Shown here piece after piece: positions 1 through 12,900 of a stretch of DNA of 64,000 nucleotides. The notes under the pieces were generated by a model that saw only the letters and a program-made list of their open reading frames with translations, had not been told where the DNA came from and did no database searches. A program made the translations under genes and the position numbers. Position 1 is the first letter of the stretch; each line of letters starts with the position of its first letter. Source of the stretch: Tubulanus polymorphus (lineage: Eukaryota > Animalia > Nemertea); contig NC_134026.1 of assembly GCF_964204645.1 (NCBI RefSeq), positions 15,348,150 through 15,412,149 on the forward strand, written 5' to 3'.

Positions 1-879
1 CTATCAATATCTATTGAAACAAATAAGTTTCCCGGTTGGGCAGCCGCGGATATCTACCGGAAGTGTTCCGGTTCGATATTTCGAGGTTTTGAGGAATTTT
101 GGAGTGATATTGAAATCCGGTAAATACCAGCGGTAGATTGTGAAAACCCATTGCATGATATTTGTATTACTTAATCAACGAAAAGCGTCGGGGCCGCGCC
201 AGGAGTTTTCGTGATTCAAGTAGCGCAATAGCCTACTTCTTCGTGTTCGTCCACCTCAATTTTCATTCCGCCGATCTCTGACACGGCTCTGTGCCCGTCG
301 GCGCTGTGATTGCACTTTCGTATCACCAACATTTTTTATTTCTATATCAGGGAGGTCTGGAGAATAAAAAAGTCAAAATTTGGATATCACATAGGCCTGA
401 TTTCATCGAATAAGTCGACCATGGTCGTTACGTTTCCGTACTTATTACCACCTAAAACCGTCTGAACAATTTTGTCACAACCAACATTTCGTTTACAGAT
501 ATCAGGGTTCACGTGAACCCGCGGTCGTCTACTGTTTTACTTCCGGATTTTATTTTAAGATTTAAAATTGTATTTCAAGATCGATTTCTATGAAATCTTT
601 AGTTGATTTGGTGTTTGGGAGGAATTTTTATTTGCTCTACAGAAAATTCATCCTTGACAATTGCGCAAGGTTCGCGAAAAAAATGGTTTTACCAAATCGG
701 GTGTATGACCTTGATATGCTAATTAGCCATGTGCCCGAATTGTAAATTCAATCAAATTTTATTCTGCCAAAAAAATGTTAAATACAATTCGCTTTCCGAG
801 AGTTAATGGTATGCTGCATGGAACAAAGTTGTTTTGAGATGGGTCTTGAAGCTATTGAGGTCGAGAGATAACCATCTAG

Positions 880-1862
880 ATAGTTCGTGAGAGTTCCAAA
901 GTTTTGAAGAGGCTTCAAGGTAATGTCTTGATATTTGGTTTATACGTGTATCTACCCTAGACACATCTTCAGGCCAAAAACTGGCCCTGTCAGATTCAAG
1001 ATGGCCGACTGGCAGCCATTGTTGTTCGCCAAAATTAGCACTTTTTACACATTTTTGAAGTTTTCGAGGGAAATTTTGAAGACACTTTTATCAATAACCT
1101 TGATCATTCGTATATATTTGTTTCCCCCGAGGGCCCATCGGCATGAGAAAAATTGGGTCGATCGGACTCAAGATGGCCGTCCTGTGACCTTTTTTGTTCC
1201 CAAAAATGTCAATTTTGGCCTGAATTCTGAGTACTGTAGCTTTCTAATGGTGTGCCATGTTTCATTGCAATTTGTAATGGGTATTCTTTGGAAAGGGATC
1301 TTTTATATCCGAGAGGGTATTTTTGACCAGGCAATTATGACGCACTTGGCGGCCATCTTGGAGTCATCAGTACTCATTCGTAGGTGGAAAAAAGTTTTTC
1401 CACATCATAATTGATACTTAAGCATATTTTGCAACTATAATCAATTGGAAAGTTGTAGCTCATGTTCTATGATCGAGGTGAGTTTCAAGCTCATTGGTTT
1501 TTGTTTATGGCCACCAGGGGGCGTTGAACAATACAATAACTTAGTATTTCTATATTACATTCGTACCTATGCATATTTTGCTACGACAATCAATTGGAAA
1601 GTTGTAGCTCATGACATGGTCTATGATCTTGGTGAGTTTCAAGCTCATTGGTTTTTGTATATGGCCACCAGGGGCGTTGAACAATACAATAACTTAGTAT
1701 TTCTATATTACATTCATTCCTGCTGTCTGTGTTAACACACGATTTTACTATGTAAATGATATTGAGCAGGGAGTGTCTATTGATAAATATAACCCACAGA
1801 TTACATCATTTATAAAAAGCAAATCTGACAGGCTGGCCATTGTGCCCCTTGGGGCTCTTGTT
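880..1862 (+). mobile_element. Helentron-associated (HINE/DINE-like) non-autonomous element, 5'-truncated copy with ~154-bp internal repeats
   Basis: Homologous to 6895-7985 and 48762-50770. Tandem ~154-bp units (ccaccagggggcgttgaa...). 3' end has a short stem-loop gccccttggggc followed by tcttgtt. Confidence 0.6.
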
Positions 1863-2780
1863 GATATATTTTTTCTCATTTCATTTTCAAGGAAATGAAT
1901 TTTTGCATACCGGTAGCCTTTACATGACAGTTTTTTTTACGTCACACCAGTTTAGCGAGCCACTGAACCATCAGTCATTTATTGAAATTTAGGATTGATT
2001 TCCTGCCCTCTGACGGCATCCTGAAGCTCACAATTAACGTCAGTAAATGTGCCTAAAATTTGGATCATTTTTTGCTTTTGATGTCATCATCTTATCCATA
2101 TAAGCCATATGCACGAATTGCAAATTCAATAGAATTCTAGAATTCGTAAAAAAAAGTCAAATCCAAGTCAATTTTACTTAATTGTCAAAAAATTTTAATT
2201 CACCAAATTCAATTTTATTTTTTTCTACATTCAAATTATTCATAACACTATTGGTAAGGATTGATCTGCGGTATTCGTTCTTGCCAGCCCCAGTGTCTGT
2301 TAGTAAAGTAACTGATAAAACACGTTAATTGTTTTGATAGAGGGAGAGTTTTTTGACAAATAAATTATAACCCACACAGCGCACATCATTTGATTCATGA
2401 AAAGCGAATGTGAAGAGGGGCTCATTTTCATCAATTGAAGGCTCTCTCGAAGACTTTTCAGCTAATCCAAGGCCGACGGAAGCAATTTTTGAGTGGTACA
2501 ATGGTACGGCCATTCCTGTATCCAAGGTCAAGAACAGGGGGTTGAGGGTTTCCCCCGAAAATTTTTTGTTTTTTATGAATCTAATATGCGTTTTCCCAGC
2601 ATATCAGCTCATCTACAATACGTTAAAAATAACTTTTGAGTGGTACTACCTCAAAATATTACCAAGCATCCTACAGTGGTAAATGTATTGTATGAAAATC
2701 CGTTAAAATGATGATCTGATTTTTAACAATACTTTGTTTGAAGAATGACTTTTATATTATTCACCAAATAATCCATTACC

Positions 2781-4440
2781 GTGACCTTTTCCGCTGGTCA
2801 ATCACTGGTTCAGCCGGTTCGGCAGGTTCAGACTACAGGATCTGAACCAAGCGCGCGCGCCTGCGGTAGTCGAGATGCCGGCACAAGCCAGCTGGTACCA
2901 TACCGGTCCACTCCGGTATGGGCACTGGTCCGGTCCAGATGTCAGCTGGTTCTGAACTTTTGGTTCGGTCATCGGTCGTGCAGTGCGTCCGATTCTAACG
3001 TTAGTCGCTACGGGATTATAGTTCGCTCTCCCACCAGGTCCAGACGCCGTGAACGTAATAAACGGGCGAGGTCTCCTTCTCGCAGGTTAAGGATAGATTG
3101 CGAGTGGGATTACGATCGTTATTGCAGAAATTTTCACCAGAATCCCCCTCATCGTTCGTCGACGTCGGTTAGCGAAGAAGGCGATTCTTCTACTGGCAGG
3201 TCTCTATCCTGTTCCAGGGACTGTCACCGAAGTCGTCATGATCGTCGGGATAGGGGAAAATTCCTGACTCAGAAGGATTTCTGTGTATTCGAAGAAAAAA
3301 TTTTAAACTTGTTATCATCGTCACAACAAGTCGTTATTGCAACTTCTACAACAGGTAAGCCTATACCTGATTGTCCGATTAGAAGTTCGCCAGCCCACTC
3401 AGTTATTCGGAATTCTGACTCTGAATTCCTAGATGCTGGGGTAGGGTCTGATTTTAATGAGGATCCGGTCCCAGAAGCGGCAATTCCTTCTGGTGTCGTT
3501 CCCGCCGCAAGCAATTTTGGGTTGCCCCATTCAATGGGGACTTCCCTGGCTCGCAACGTTTCTATGTCTCGTTCAGTTTTATCCGAACCCGCAGGGGACA
3601 TGCCATTTAGAGCAATGATTAGTGAGTTTTTTGTCAAACACGGAGCAACTCGCGCCCACAGCGGCTCCTCTGGTCGGTGAGTCAATGGAAGCTTTTCGCC
3701 CTCCGGACTCTGATCTTAATGTTTTACGCGAATCGTCAGCGGTTTCAAGAGAATTCTGCTAGAATAGATACGCAATTATGGGGTGAATGTCGCCCCGGAA
3801 CATTTTCGTTTCCCTCTCCAGAACAGGGTATGAAATCTGAAAAATATTTTAGTTCATGCGATCCGTCTATAGGTGCATTTCGCTCCCTGTATTATGCTAT
3901 TCCCGGTACTGTGGATCATAGTCATAGCTGCCTGGATGCTGATTATACTTTGATCAGCCCGTATACTGGTTCAGCGCAGTCGGGTATTCGTTTGCCTAAG
4001 TCTGGTTTGGTGGCCATGACGTCAATCCTAGACAATCTTACCAGGGTTGGTTCGTGCTCTGCGCTTTCTCAGGCAGCTTCAGATGCCGGTTGGAGAACTA
4101 GCGCACAGCTTCAACAACCGCCTCAAGCCTCGTCCGGTCATAAGAGTTCCGGTTCTTATCGGGGCAAGGGGAAGGCTCTGAGAAGGGGCTCTTCCTTTCG
4201 GAAAAACTCGGAATGAATTCTCTGGACCAATGGGAGGTTGTCTGCAGCAGGCAAACCCAAGGACGTGATTCAAGGGCTCCGGTCAATGGGCAGCTTCATT
4301 GGACCTGAAAGATGCTTGCTTATTTTCAGGTTCCAATTCACCCAAAATATTGGCTATTTCTCAGGATAAGGTGGAAAGGCCGCCAGTTCCAGTTCTCAGG
4401 TTTCCTCCATTTGGCCTCGTGGGTTTGCACCAAGTTGGTC
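2781..4440 (+). mobile_element. DIRS1-like retrotransposon remnant (gag-like region and truncated reverse transcriptase)
   Basis: GC-richer Ser/Arg-rich ORFs 2781-3680 and 3677-4216. Then PMGGCL (like the DIRS PVGGRL RT-ORF start) and WAASLDLKDA-(4-bp duplication)-YFQVPIHPKYWLFLRIRWKGRQFQF at ~4281-4400, the DIRS-type RT motif A region. Confidence 0.72.
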
Positions 4441-5695
4441 ATAGCCAGTATTTTTCTTGATTTGTATAAAAGAAAAAGTCAGTATTTGTTTGTATTTTTT
4501 GATATTTTGTGGATGGATGGATTCTGACTTGTGAAATTGCGGTCAATTTAATACCACGTCGCTAATACATTTGTATATACGCGCATCAGCAGTCAGTCGC
4601 GTGTGTGCGAATATAGGTTACAGTATGGCTGCTTTGTGTGTTAGTAATCACCTGAGCGAGTCTATATGTAGTACAATGACTCGGTGATGATGTTAGTGTG
4701 TACACAGCGCTCTCATACATCGGCAGGCGCGCACGTATTGTCAGCCTCATACTAATTGACAAATTGAGTGAATTAAAATCTCCTGATGAAGGGCCTCTGC
4801 TTATTGGGCGAAGCTTTATGAAATCCCTGTATTTTAGGCTAAAAAGCTGCCCTCAGCTTATTGGCCAAGTCAGCTTAATCGCTGGAAAATTCAGGTGGTT
4901 GTGTTGTCAGGAACAACTGGCTCATACGCTGCCTCTCTTTTGGGTGGTGTGCTAATTTAGAGAGGATGGTACTTATTTGATTTTGCGGTTGACCTACTGC
5001 GAGCGCCGTAGGCGCAAAGCTACTCTAAGGGGGGGGGGGTTAAGGGAGCCTCCCCAAGACAACTTTGAAAATAGAAATGCATGTTCGTTCAAATTTTAAT
5101 GAATATTTCGTATGAAAATGTCACTGAAAAAATGTAATTAATCCTTGAAACATTTTCAGAATAAGTTTTCATTAGGTCTAATAATCCAACAACATACACT
5201 GGTGTCTCATCATTTATGGAGAATTGCAAATTTTTTGATAACAGTGTCTATATCTATATCATAGTTATATGTATGCATTCCCCTGGGTACATGCCTATAT
5301 AGACTAAGTTTTGGTGTGACAGTTGATGATTTGCGCATTTGATTAAAAAAGTATTGATTTTCACTTTTCAAAGGTGATGATAAGTCTTGATTTTGACCAT
5401 GGCCTGACAACTATGAACCCTGGCTAGAGTAGGGCCTGATGGGCTTATATATTATGTTGATTGCTACATTTTCAATGATTTATCCTGCTAATATTTTTTT
5501 ATAAATTACCAGATCGTCTCAAGTATTGTTTAATTATTAGACTGATAACTTGCGCCATCTATCCAAGTGATCATTATTAGTTACTTATGCATACTCAACT
5601 GTACTTGATTTTGCGTCATTAATTTAATTTATGTATGTGGTTGGTTTGCGACGATATTTTAGTGGTCCGGCTTCATTTTCCCAGTTTTCTCTGTT

Positions 5696-6539
5696 CAGAG
5701 ATGCTAGTTTTCCGGAAATATCCGGAATTCCGGAAATTTAGGATCGCCGATGTCAATTCCGGAAATTTGGTGAGAATTCCTCGCGGCGACCAGTAATGGC
5801 ACGGACCGTAAAAGCGTTTGTTTGTTTGTACTCGTCGTCGCTTCTGTGTTATTTTATCTTGGTCTCTGTTTCCGAGGACGTTCTGCTACAATGTATATAT
5901 GTGTGCTTGTTGTGGTATCTGTGCGTGCTTAGTCGGAGCGCCACTGTTGTGACGCCATTTCCAATTAAAAGTCAATTATCTTTACGCCCCGTTGTACATC
6001 GTCCCGCTGACGGCCAACAATGTGAAGATGCACGTGGTAATAATTAAGATAATATTTAATAAATATCATCTTAATTATTACCACGTGCGTGCTATTTCCT
6101 GAGGCACGCAGCTTTGTAACTTTCTTTTTGCGGGACGGTCTGCAAAATGAGCACGCACGGAAAGATTGTCAGTCGGGAGTCGGCCGATATAAAGGCAATC
6201 GACAGCGGTATAAAAAATAAATTTAACTGGCAATGGCTAGAGTGTAAGGACAGTAACGGGTCTACTTATCGAACTACATTCGTAAGATAGACTTAGCTGG
6301 CGTGGCGTACAGCGTCGTTTGTAAAGACCAGGTCAAATACGGTAGTGGCGGGAAGAAAGATATTCTTTGTCCCCCGAACAGCGCGCGGCATAAGAAGGCA
6401 GCGAGGGATGTGAAGCACAACTAATGCCTGCCGTCGTATTTTCAGATGAAAGATGCCGATCGTGACGCTGCATCTCCGGCGATGCAAAAACGCCCGTTCT
6501 AAATTCCGGAATTTTGGTACTTTGGTCCTAGCATCTCTG
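5696..6539 (+). mobile_element. hAT-like internally deleted DNA transposon with 6-bp TSD (copy 1)
   Basis: TIRs CAGAGATGCTAG...CTAGCATCTCTG. TSD tctgtt at 5690-5695 and 6540-6545. Contains a frameshifted version of the zinc-finger ORF seen in copy 2. Confidence 0.8.
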
Positions 6540-6894
6540 TCTGTTATTTGACACAAGATAGCTTTGTAACTTAATCAGTCAGTCTGAGATTTGTTGCTCT
6601 ATCTGAGTTTGTTGAAAGAAAGAATGAATTCATTTCTGAAAGAAGAAATAAATGGAATTCTGTAAGATAATAATTATTTTCCTGCCTAATGTCACATCCG
6701 GATATCCCTTTGTGCACCGTTAGGGCTGTGGTGATTGACCTTTCTTAAAGAAGTAATTTATACTCGTTGAGGTATGCCGCTACTTATTGTATCGTATCGT
6801 ATGCCTAACATTTTTGGTTTACCTTTATCAGCAGTGTGAGGTTGGCATTAAGCCAATTCATGTAAAATCGCGGAACGTTTTTTTATGTGAGCAT

Positions 6895-7985
6895 TTTCAG
6901 CCCACATGGGACTTAAGTCCCAGCGGGCTATTGCGTTCACTTTTCGCCCGTCGTCTGTCCGGCGATGGAATCCAGTTATTTCGGGAAGTTTTAATGACGC
7001 TTCAATGTAATGTCTTGATATTTGGGTTACACATGTATCTACCCTAGACACATCTTCAGCCCAAAAACTGGCCCTGTCAGAATCAAGATGGCCGACTGGC
7101 ATCCATTGTTGTTCGCCAAAATCAGCACTTTTTTCACACTTTTGAACTATTTGAGGGAAATTTTGAAGACGCTTTAATCAATTACCTTGATGTTTCGTAT
7201 GTATTTGATTCCCCAAGGGCCCATCAGCTTAAGAAAAATTGGGTTGATCGGACTCAAGATGGCCGTCCTATGACCTTTTTGGTGCCCAAAATTGTCAATT
7301 TTGGCTCGAACTCCAAGTTCTGTAGCTTCCTACTGGTTTGCCATTGCTCATTGCAATTTGTGATGGGTATTCTTTGAAAAGGGCTCTTATACCTGAGACA
7401 GGTATTTTTGATCAGCCAATTATGACACAATTGGCGGCCATTTTGGTGTCATCAGTACTGATTCATAGGTGGGAGAAAGTTTTCCACATTACATCGAAAC
7501 CTAAGCATATTGTGTTACCACAATCAATTGCAAAGTTGTAGCCCATGACATTATCTATAATTGTAGTGAGTTTTAAGGATATTAGCTATTCTAGATGGTC
7601 ACCAGGGGATGTTGAATAGTAGAATAACTTAGTATTTCCTTATTAGATTGGTACCAAAGCATATTTTGTTACCATGATCAATTGCAAAGTTGTAGTTCAT
7701 GACATGTTCTATGACTGTAGTGAGTTTCAAGGTCATTGGCTTTTGCGTATGGTCACTAGGGGGCGTTGAATAGTAGAATAACTTAACATTTCCTTATTAA
7801 ATTAGTAACGAGGCATATTTTGTTATCACAATCAATTACAAAATCGTAGCTGCTGACATGTTCTATGATTTTGGTGAGTTTCAAGGTCATTGGTTTTTGT
7901 ATATGGTCACCATGGGGCATTGAATATTGAAATTGTTAGATTGTTGAGCATTTGAAACCACTTCCCAATCCCTGGACCCTAGTTT
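6895..7985 (+). mobile_element. HINE/DINE-like element with internal ~154-bp tandem array
   Basis: Starts agcccac.tgggacttaagtcccagcgggct (5' inverted repeat) followed by GTCC-type repeats. Inserted in a T-run; the uninterrupted host sequence is at ~58240-58285. Confidence 0.7.
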
Positions 7986-9610
7986 TCATTGGTTCTCGGG
8001 TTGAACGACGTATAATCGATGCGACTGAAGATAAAACGAACCTCTGTCGATGACATGGTTAACTGTGTTATAACTCTAGGAAAAACTGTTTTTGGCGGGA
8101 AAATTCTTAGCTCTCGCGTTTAAAATTGCAATGACCTCGATTGGGGCGCGTCGTCTCTACGAGCGAATGGGATTGGCTGTTTTTGGGATATACGGGGAAT
8201 TCCGGCGCTACTAAAATAATTATGGGAAAGCCATATAATGGCGTACGTTTCATTGGACTAGGTGCCGTATATGTGCCGATTTCAAATGCTCAATGCTGGT
8301 GAGGATGTAATTATTTCACTCATCTTTCATGGGTATTGTTTCATTTTAATACCCGGTGATTGTTTTGATTGACATTGAGGTGTAAGCGAATATTCACTTA
8401 CACGAGGCCTCCACATGCACGCGGAGTGCTACACCACACACACACACACAAGCTCGTACACTACACTACTAAGGGTGATGCTGTAACGCATGCACGTTTG
8501 ACATGAAAATAGGCTGAATAATCGTAGCAGAAGATGAGTGCTGTGTTTTCTGTTCGATAGAATTTGTAATAAATTGTAATTTCTTGTGACCTGAAAATAC
8601 TAAGCAGCAAACTATAAGGTCTGTTGGTGTCTGAATATTGTAGTGATAAATTCCAGGATTTAAAACGATCTAATAGCCGATTTCCTCTGTACCGGTATTT
8701 TAGCTTCCCTGGCCAACATTGCTAGAGGTAAATATATAGACCCAATATTCAGCCACCCTCTGATATATGACATCATATGAATTTTAGGCCATCCCCAAAT
8801 AATGGTCTGTTTGCCGTAACCCGACCAACCCGACTTCAAAGGTACCGAGTGAAAACTTTTTTCTGTGATTCATTGAAATAAATTTTATTTTTGATAAAAA
8901 CGTCTGACCGACCCACTGCTGACTATGAGCTACGTATGTTTGAATTCAAGTGTGCATCGTGTGAAAACATGCCTTGACATGTGGCGTAGTTTAAGTTTTC
9001 CAGGAAACTGGCAGTGTTCCAATAAGCTGCCATTCATTCTAATAGTAACTATATTAAAGCTTGTAACGTAAAAGCGCGCACTTATTCAATGTACTGTTTC
9101 ATTTTTAACACAGAGATGACGCTCTGGACGAAGTTATAATTTTCGAATAATTCTTGAAATCTACGCTATTAGACAAATTTCCCGTGCACAACGTAGATGA
9201 TTTTTGCGATATTGTTTCCATGTAAAAAAGCCCTAAGGTGAAAAATTTGGTTTTTTTGCCCAAAAATTTTGCAAAAAAAAATTCTACCTACTTACCGACT
9301 CATCCTGAAAAGTTGAGTCGGTGTTGCGGCAAACAGACAATTATTTTGGGATGGCCTTATTTGAAAATATAAAATAGTTTCCCTGCCGCGCCTACCTGTA
9401 CCCTACAAAATTTTGGACGTGGACCGTAAAAAATGGATATCTTTGGTCTTATTTGACTACAAAATAATTCTTTAAGAAAGATAAAATACAATATAAACTT
9501 CTAGAACTTTGAAGTCACGAATTGTAAAGATTTTTTAAGCAATGCCCTTACTCCAAACAACCTCTAGCTTTCAAGGTAAATCGCACTTTGCCCATGGGCA
9601 ATTTATTTGA
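7985..9610 (+). repeat. Dispersed long repeat, paralogous to ~58266-59342
   Basis: Colinear similarity through shared blocks such as cattggttctcggg, gcgctactaaaataattatggg, ctgaaaatactaagcagcaaaact and gcaatgcccttactccaaacaacctctagctttcaaggtaaa. Confidence 0.75.
8787..9356. mobile_element. MITE with GGCC termini and TTA TSD (Zator- or PIF/Harbinger-like)
   Basis: TIRs ggccatcccc.aaataat.gtctgtttgccg / cggcaaacagacaattattttgggatggcc. TSD tta at 8784-8786 and 9357-9359. Empty site present in the paralogue near 59055. Confidence 0.75.
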
Positions 9611-9899
9611 TGAAATTAACAATGTATATCTGGTTATAATATGAGGCCTGGCAAGGACATAAAACCAGCACTTCTCATGCGTGTAAGCACTTAAGATTTG
9701 AGTTCAGAATATCAGTCCATCATGTATCACGTCACTGGCACAGTTTTTGGATCCTCACTTTAAAGTTAAGAATCAAATGAAATTAATCTTTGTCATCCGT
9801 TTTACTCTAACTTAAGATTAAAGGACTAAAGCCTGAGCTATAATTTTGGTTGTTTCCATCCTAACTGGGCTAAATTCTATCATTTTAACCTTATTTCAG

Positions 9900-9983
9900 G
9901 CTGCACAGACAGACAAGTACCCCACAGTGCTAGACATGTTGGAAATAGAAGATTCAGTAGTTGCAAACTGTTTGATTGATCAG
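9900..9983 (+). CDS. SMC6: SMC6 internal exon (hinge region)
   Basis: tttcag|...|gtatat, 84 nt, phase 0. Translates AAQTDKYPTVLDMLEIEDSVVANCLIDQ, resembling vertebrate SMC6 [22 protein letters not shown] as recalled. Joins in frame to 36282. Confidence 0.88.
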
Positions 9984-12900
9984 GTATATATATTGTCATA
10001 TCAATTCAAGGATGTTATGATTTTCTAGCATGTATCGGCATAACTGTCACAAATTTTTGTCCCTGGTTGAGATGAAAAATATTTTAGGTTGATATGAAAT
10101 CTTCCATTCACACTTGAACATATGTTGGGCAAATGCCCATCAAAATTGTAGTTTCCGTGATTTCTCAACCAGAAGAAACTTTAGTATACATATAGCGACC
10201 TGAGATGTGACTTATTGAAAAAAGGAGCGCGAATTAGCCGTAATAGTTAGCGGAATAGTTATCTATTTATCCTTCACTGCGTGCGTATAGTTCATATTCA
10301 ACCCGCGGGTGATGGTAACTATGAGAATCAACACAAGCACATGTGCGCGCTAGTACGCGTAGCCTATGTATAATTGATAAAATAAATATTATTTGTTTAC
10401 CGTATTCACTGACCTACAGTGCTACTCATTTATATACGATGATCATGGCATATACAACGTTAGCAACACTTACAATGGCAAGAGTTTATTTATTCAAAAA
10501 AATTGTGGTATTTCTCAGTAATGGCTGAACTAAAATTCAAACCAGTTCCATATTTGATATTTGTGAATACATCACATTTGAAAATGAATTTACACAATAT
10601 TCTATTTTGATGGGTTTTGCTCTTTAAAAAAGAAGGGATGTGAAATAAAAATGCGTCTTTGATCTCTACTATATATCATCTGAGCTATAACTTGCTGCTC
10701 ATCGATGGCAATTCTGATGCGTGAGAAGCTCATATGTTTATACATGTGGTCTACAGCATTCTAGGCCTATATTCCTTGAATTATCAGTGGCATTGGTCGA
10801 ATATAGAAACAAATATACTTGTAGTGATCAGTATGATTTAGTTTGTGATAAGTGCTATCTTCTGGTAAGGCCAAAAGAATCAGGTCCATTGTCTCTCACA
10901 GTGGGACAGATAAAACAAGGGTGGAAGGTTTTTATTTTTATTTTCTTTAATGTATAAAAAAGAACAAATAAAAAATGTTTCATGATTTTTGATGGGTTTC
11001 GTCGTTAGTTAACAAATGACGACATCGAACCGGCAGTATACAGAGATCGTATATCGTAATCTGGGCAACGTTAACACTCTAATTATTCTTAAGTAAATAT
11101 TGAGAAATGTCAGGTATCAACCAGACATTACGTCAGATGATGAATAGACATTAACACAAAGTGAGACAACGAGCAGTTCCTCAGCCGAGGAGTGTGAATC
11201 TACAGCCATAACTTTGCCATCCACACCACAGTACAGGGAACCTTGAAAGCTCATTGAAATGGATAGAGAGCACTAGTTTTTTCAACAGCACCAAGAGAAA
11301 ACTATTTTCATAGAAACTTTTACATAAATCTGAGAGGTTAGGTAGGACTTATTTTGTATAGCGGCACCCTCATAAAGAACAGTTTAAGAGAGGTACTTTA
11401 AGTACTTATATCACAAAGGACATTAGGTATCTAAACTCATGAGGCTGTCTGTACATAGGCCTATGGCCTTCTTTGATGGTAGATAATGATATGATATGAT
11501 GATATGATAATTAAAGATGATTACTCGTCATCAGGTGAACTCATTTTTAGACCAGCCAATGACTGAGCCTATTGCTATAAAAATGGAGCAAATTTAAATG
11601 ACATGATTTCCAGAGCTAAGGCTGTTTGACTCTGTGACTGAGCATATATTCTTGCAAATCATTTATTAAAGCATAATCTATTCTCCAATTCTTAGGGATC
11701 TGAATTTTTTTAAAAAGGCCTTGCTAATATTTACAGGAGGTATTTTACGAAATCTGAATGCAAAAATATCGAGCTATAAAATACGGTCCCAATTGACAAG
11801 TTACTCATGCATTTGCTCGGCCGAGCATTATATCAGAGAGTAGTTTACTCGGCCGAGTGATTGATTGAATTTACCAATCGACTCAACCGAGCTTATTAAA
11901 AGTTAAGTTCTAATAGAATTAACTGATCTACTCGGCCGAGTTTAGTAAAAGTTAAGATTCATCTCCCCAGTGTGGGTTGGTAGAACACATGCACTTATCA
12001 CTTTACTCAAGTACCCTAATTTTGTCAGCAACACTCTGGCGTCATTACTAGGCAGAGAACTTATACTTCTGCTGTATACCTCCATTGTATTCGGAAACTG
12101 ATTCGAAGTTAACACGTTTTTACTTCGAATTATTCCTGGTACAACTTAGGTGTAATTCCATCACAAATATCCGATATTCACGTTTTCAACGATTCTTTTA
12201 AAACATTTCTCCCCCTTATTGCAACTTCGCAATTGCAAAATCATGATGTTAATGCAATGTTGAAATGTAGAGGGACTACATTTTCTTATTACATGTATTC
12301 CAGAGGTGCCAACCTGTACGTATTTTCCATAATTGCTACGGGAATGAACCTCAATTTACGGGAGTTCGTTTTTCTGAAAATTTTCTTTTTTTTAAGTCAA
12401 AATACAGGAGGGAAAAATTATGTTACGTAATGAATAAATGTCATTTTTTGAAAAATAATCGTATTATTGTTTGATATAAACGTGCTAAGTTAGTTGCGCA
12501 ATGTCAGTGTGATGACCTCTTGCATTGCCGCTCAGAACCCGCTGCGATAACGATGGAAGACACTGTCCGCGGCTTACATCAAGGCGAAATGAATTCGTTG
12601 TATTCCGACGATGATTGGTCAGAAATTAATAAACCGATTGAAAGTGACGATGAAGGCCCTCCAGAAAAAGGGCGGCGTAATCTGCAAAAATTCAAGGTGG
12701 AATATACTGCCACAAGACAAACTAATTGACAAATTGAGTGAATTAAAATCTCCTGATGAAGGGCCTCGGATTATTGGGCGAATCTTTATGAAATCCATGT
12801 ATTTTAGGCTAAAAAACTGCCCTCGGCTTTTTGACCAAGTCGGCTTAATCGCTGGAAAATTTGGGTGGTTGTGTTGTCATGAACGCTGGCCCGTTCGCAG

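Noticed and set aside
935-1735. ORFs 935-1414 and 1445-1735 as proteins
   Set aside because: They lie in a non-coding dispersed repeat whose other copies do not keep the frame.
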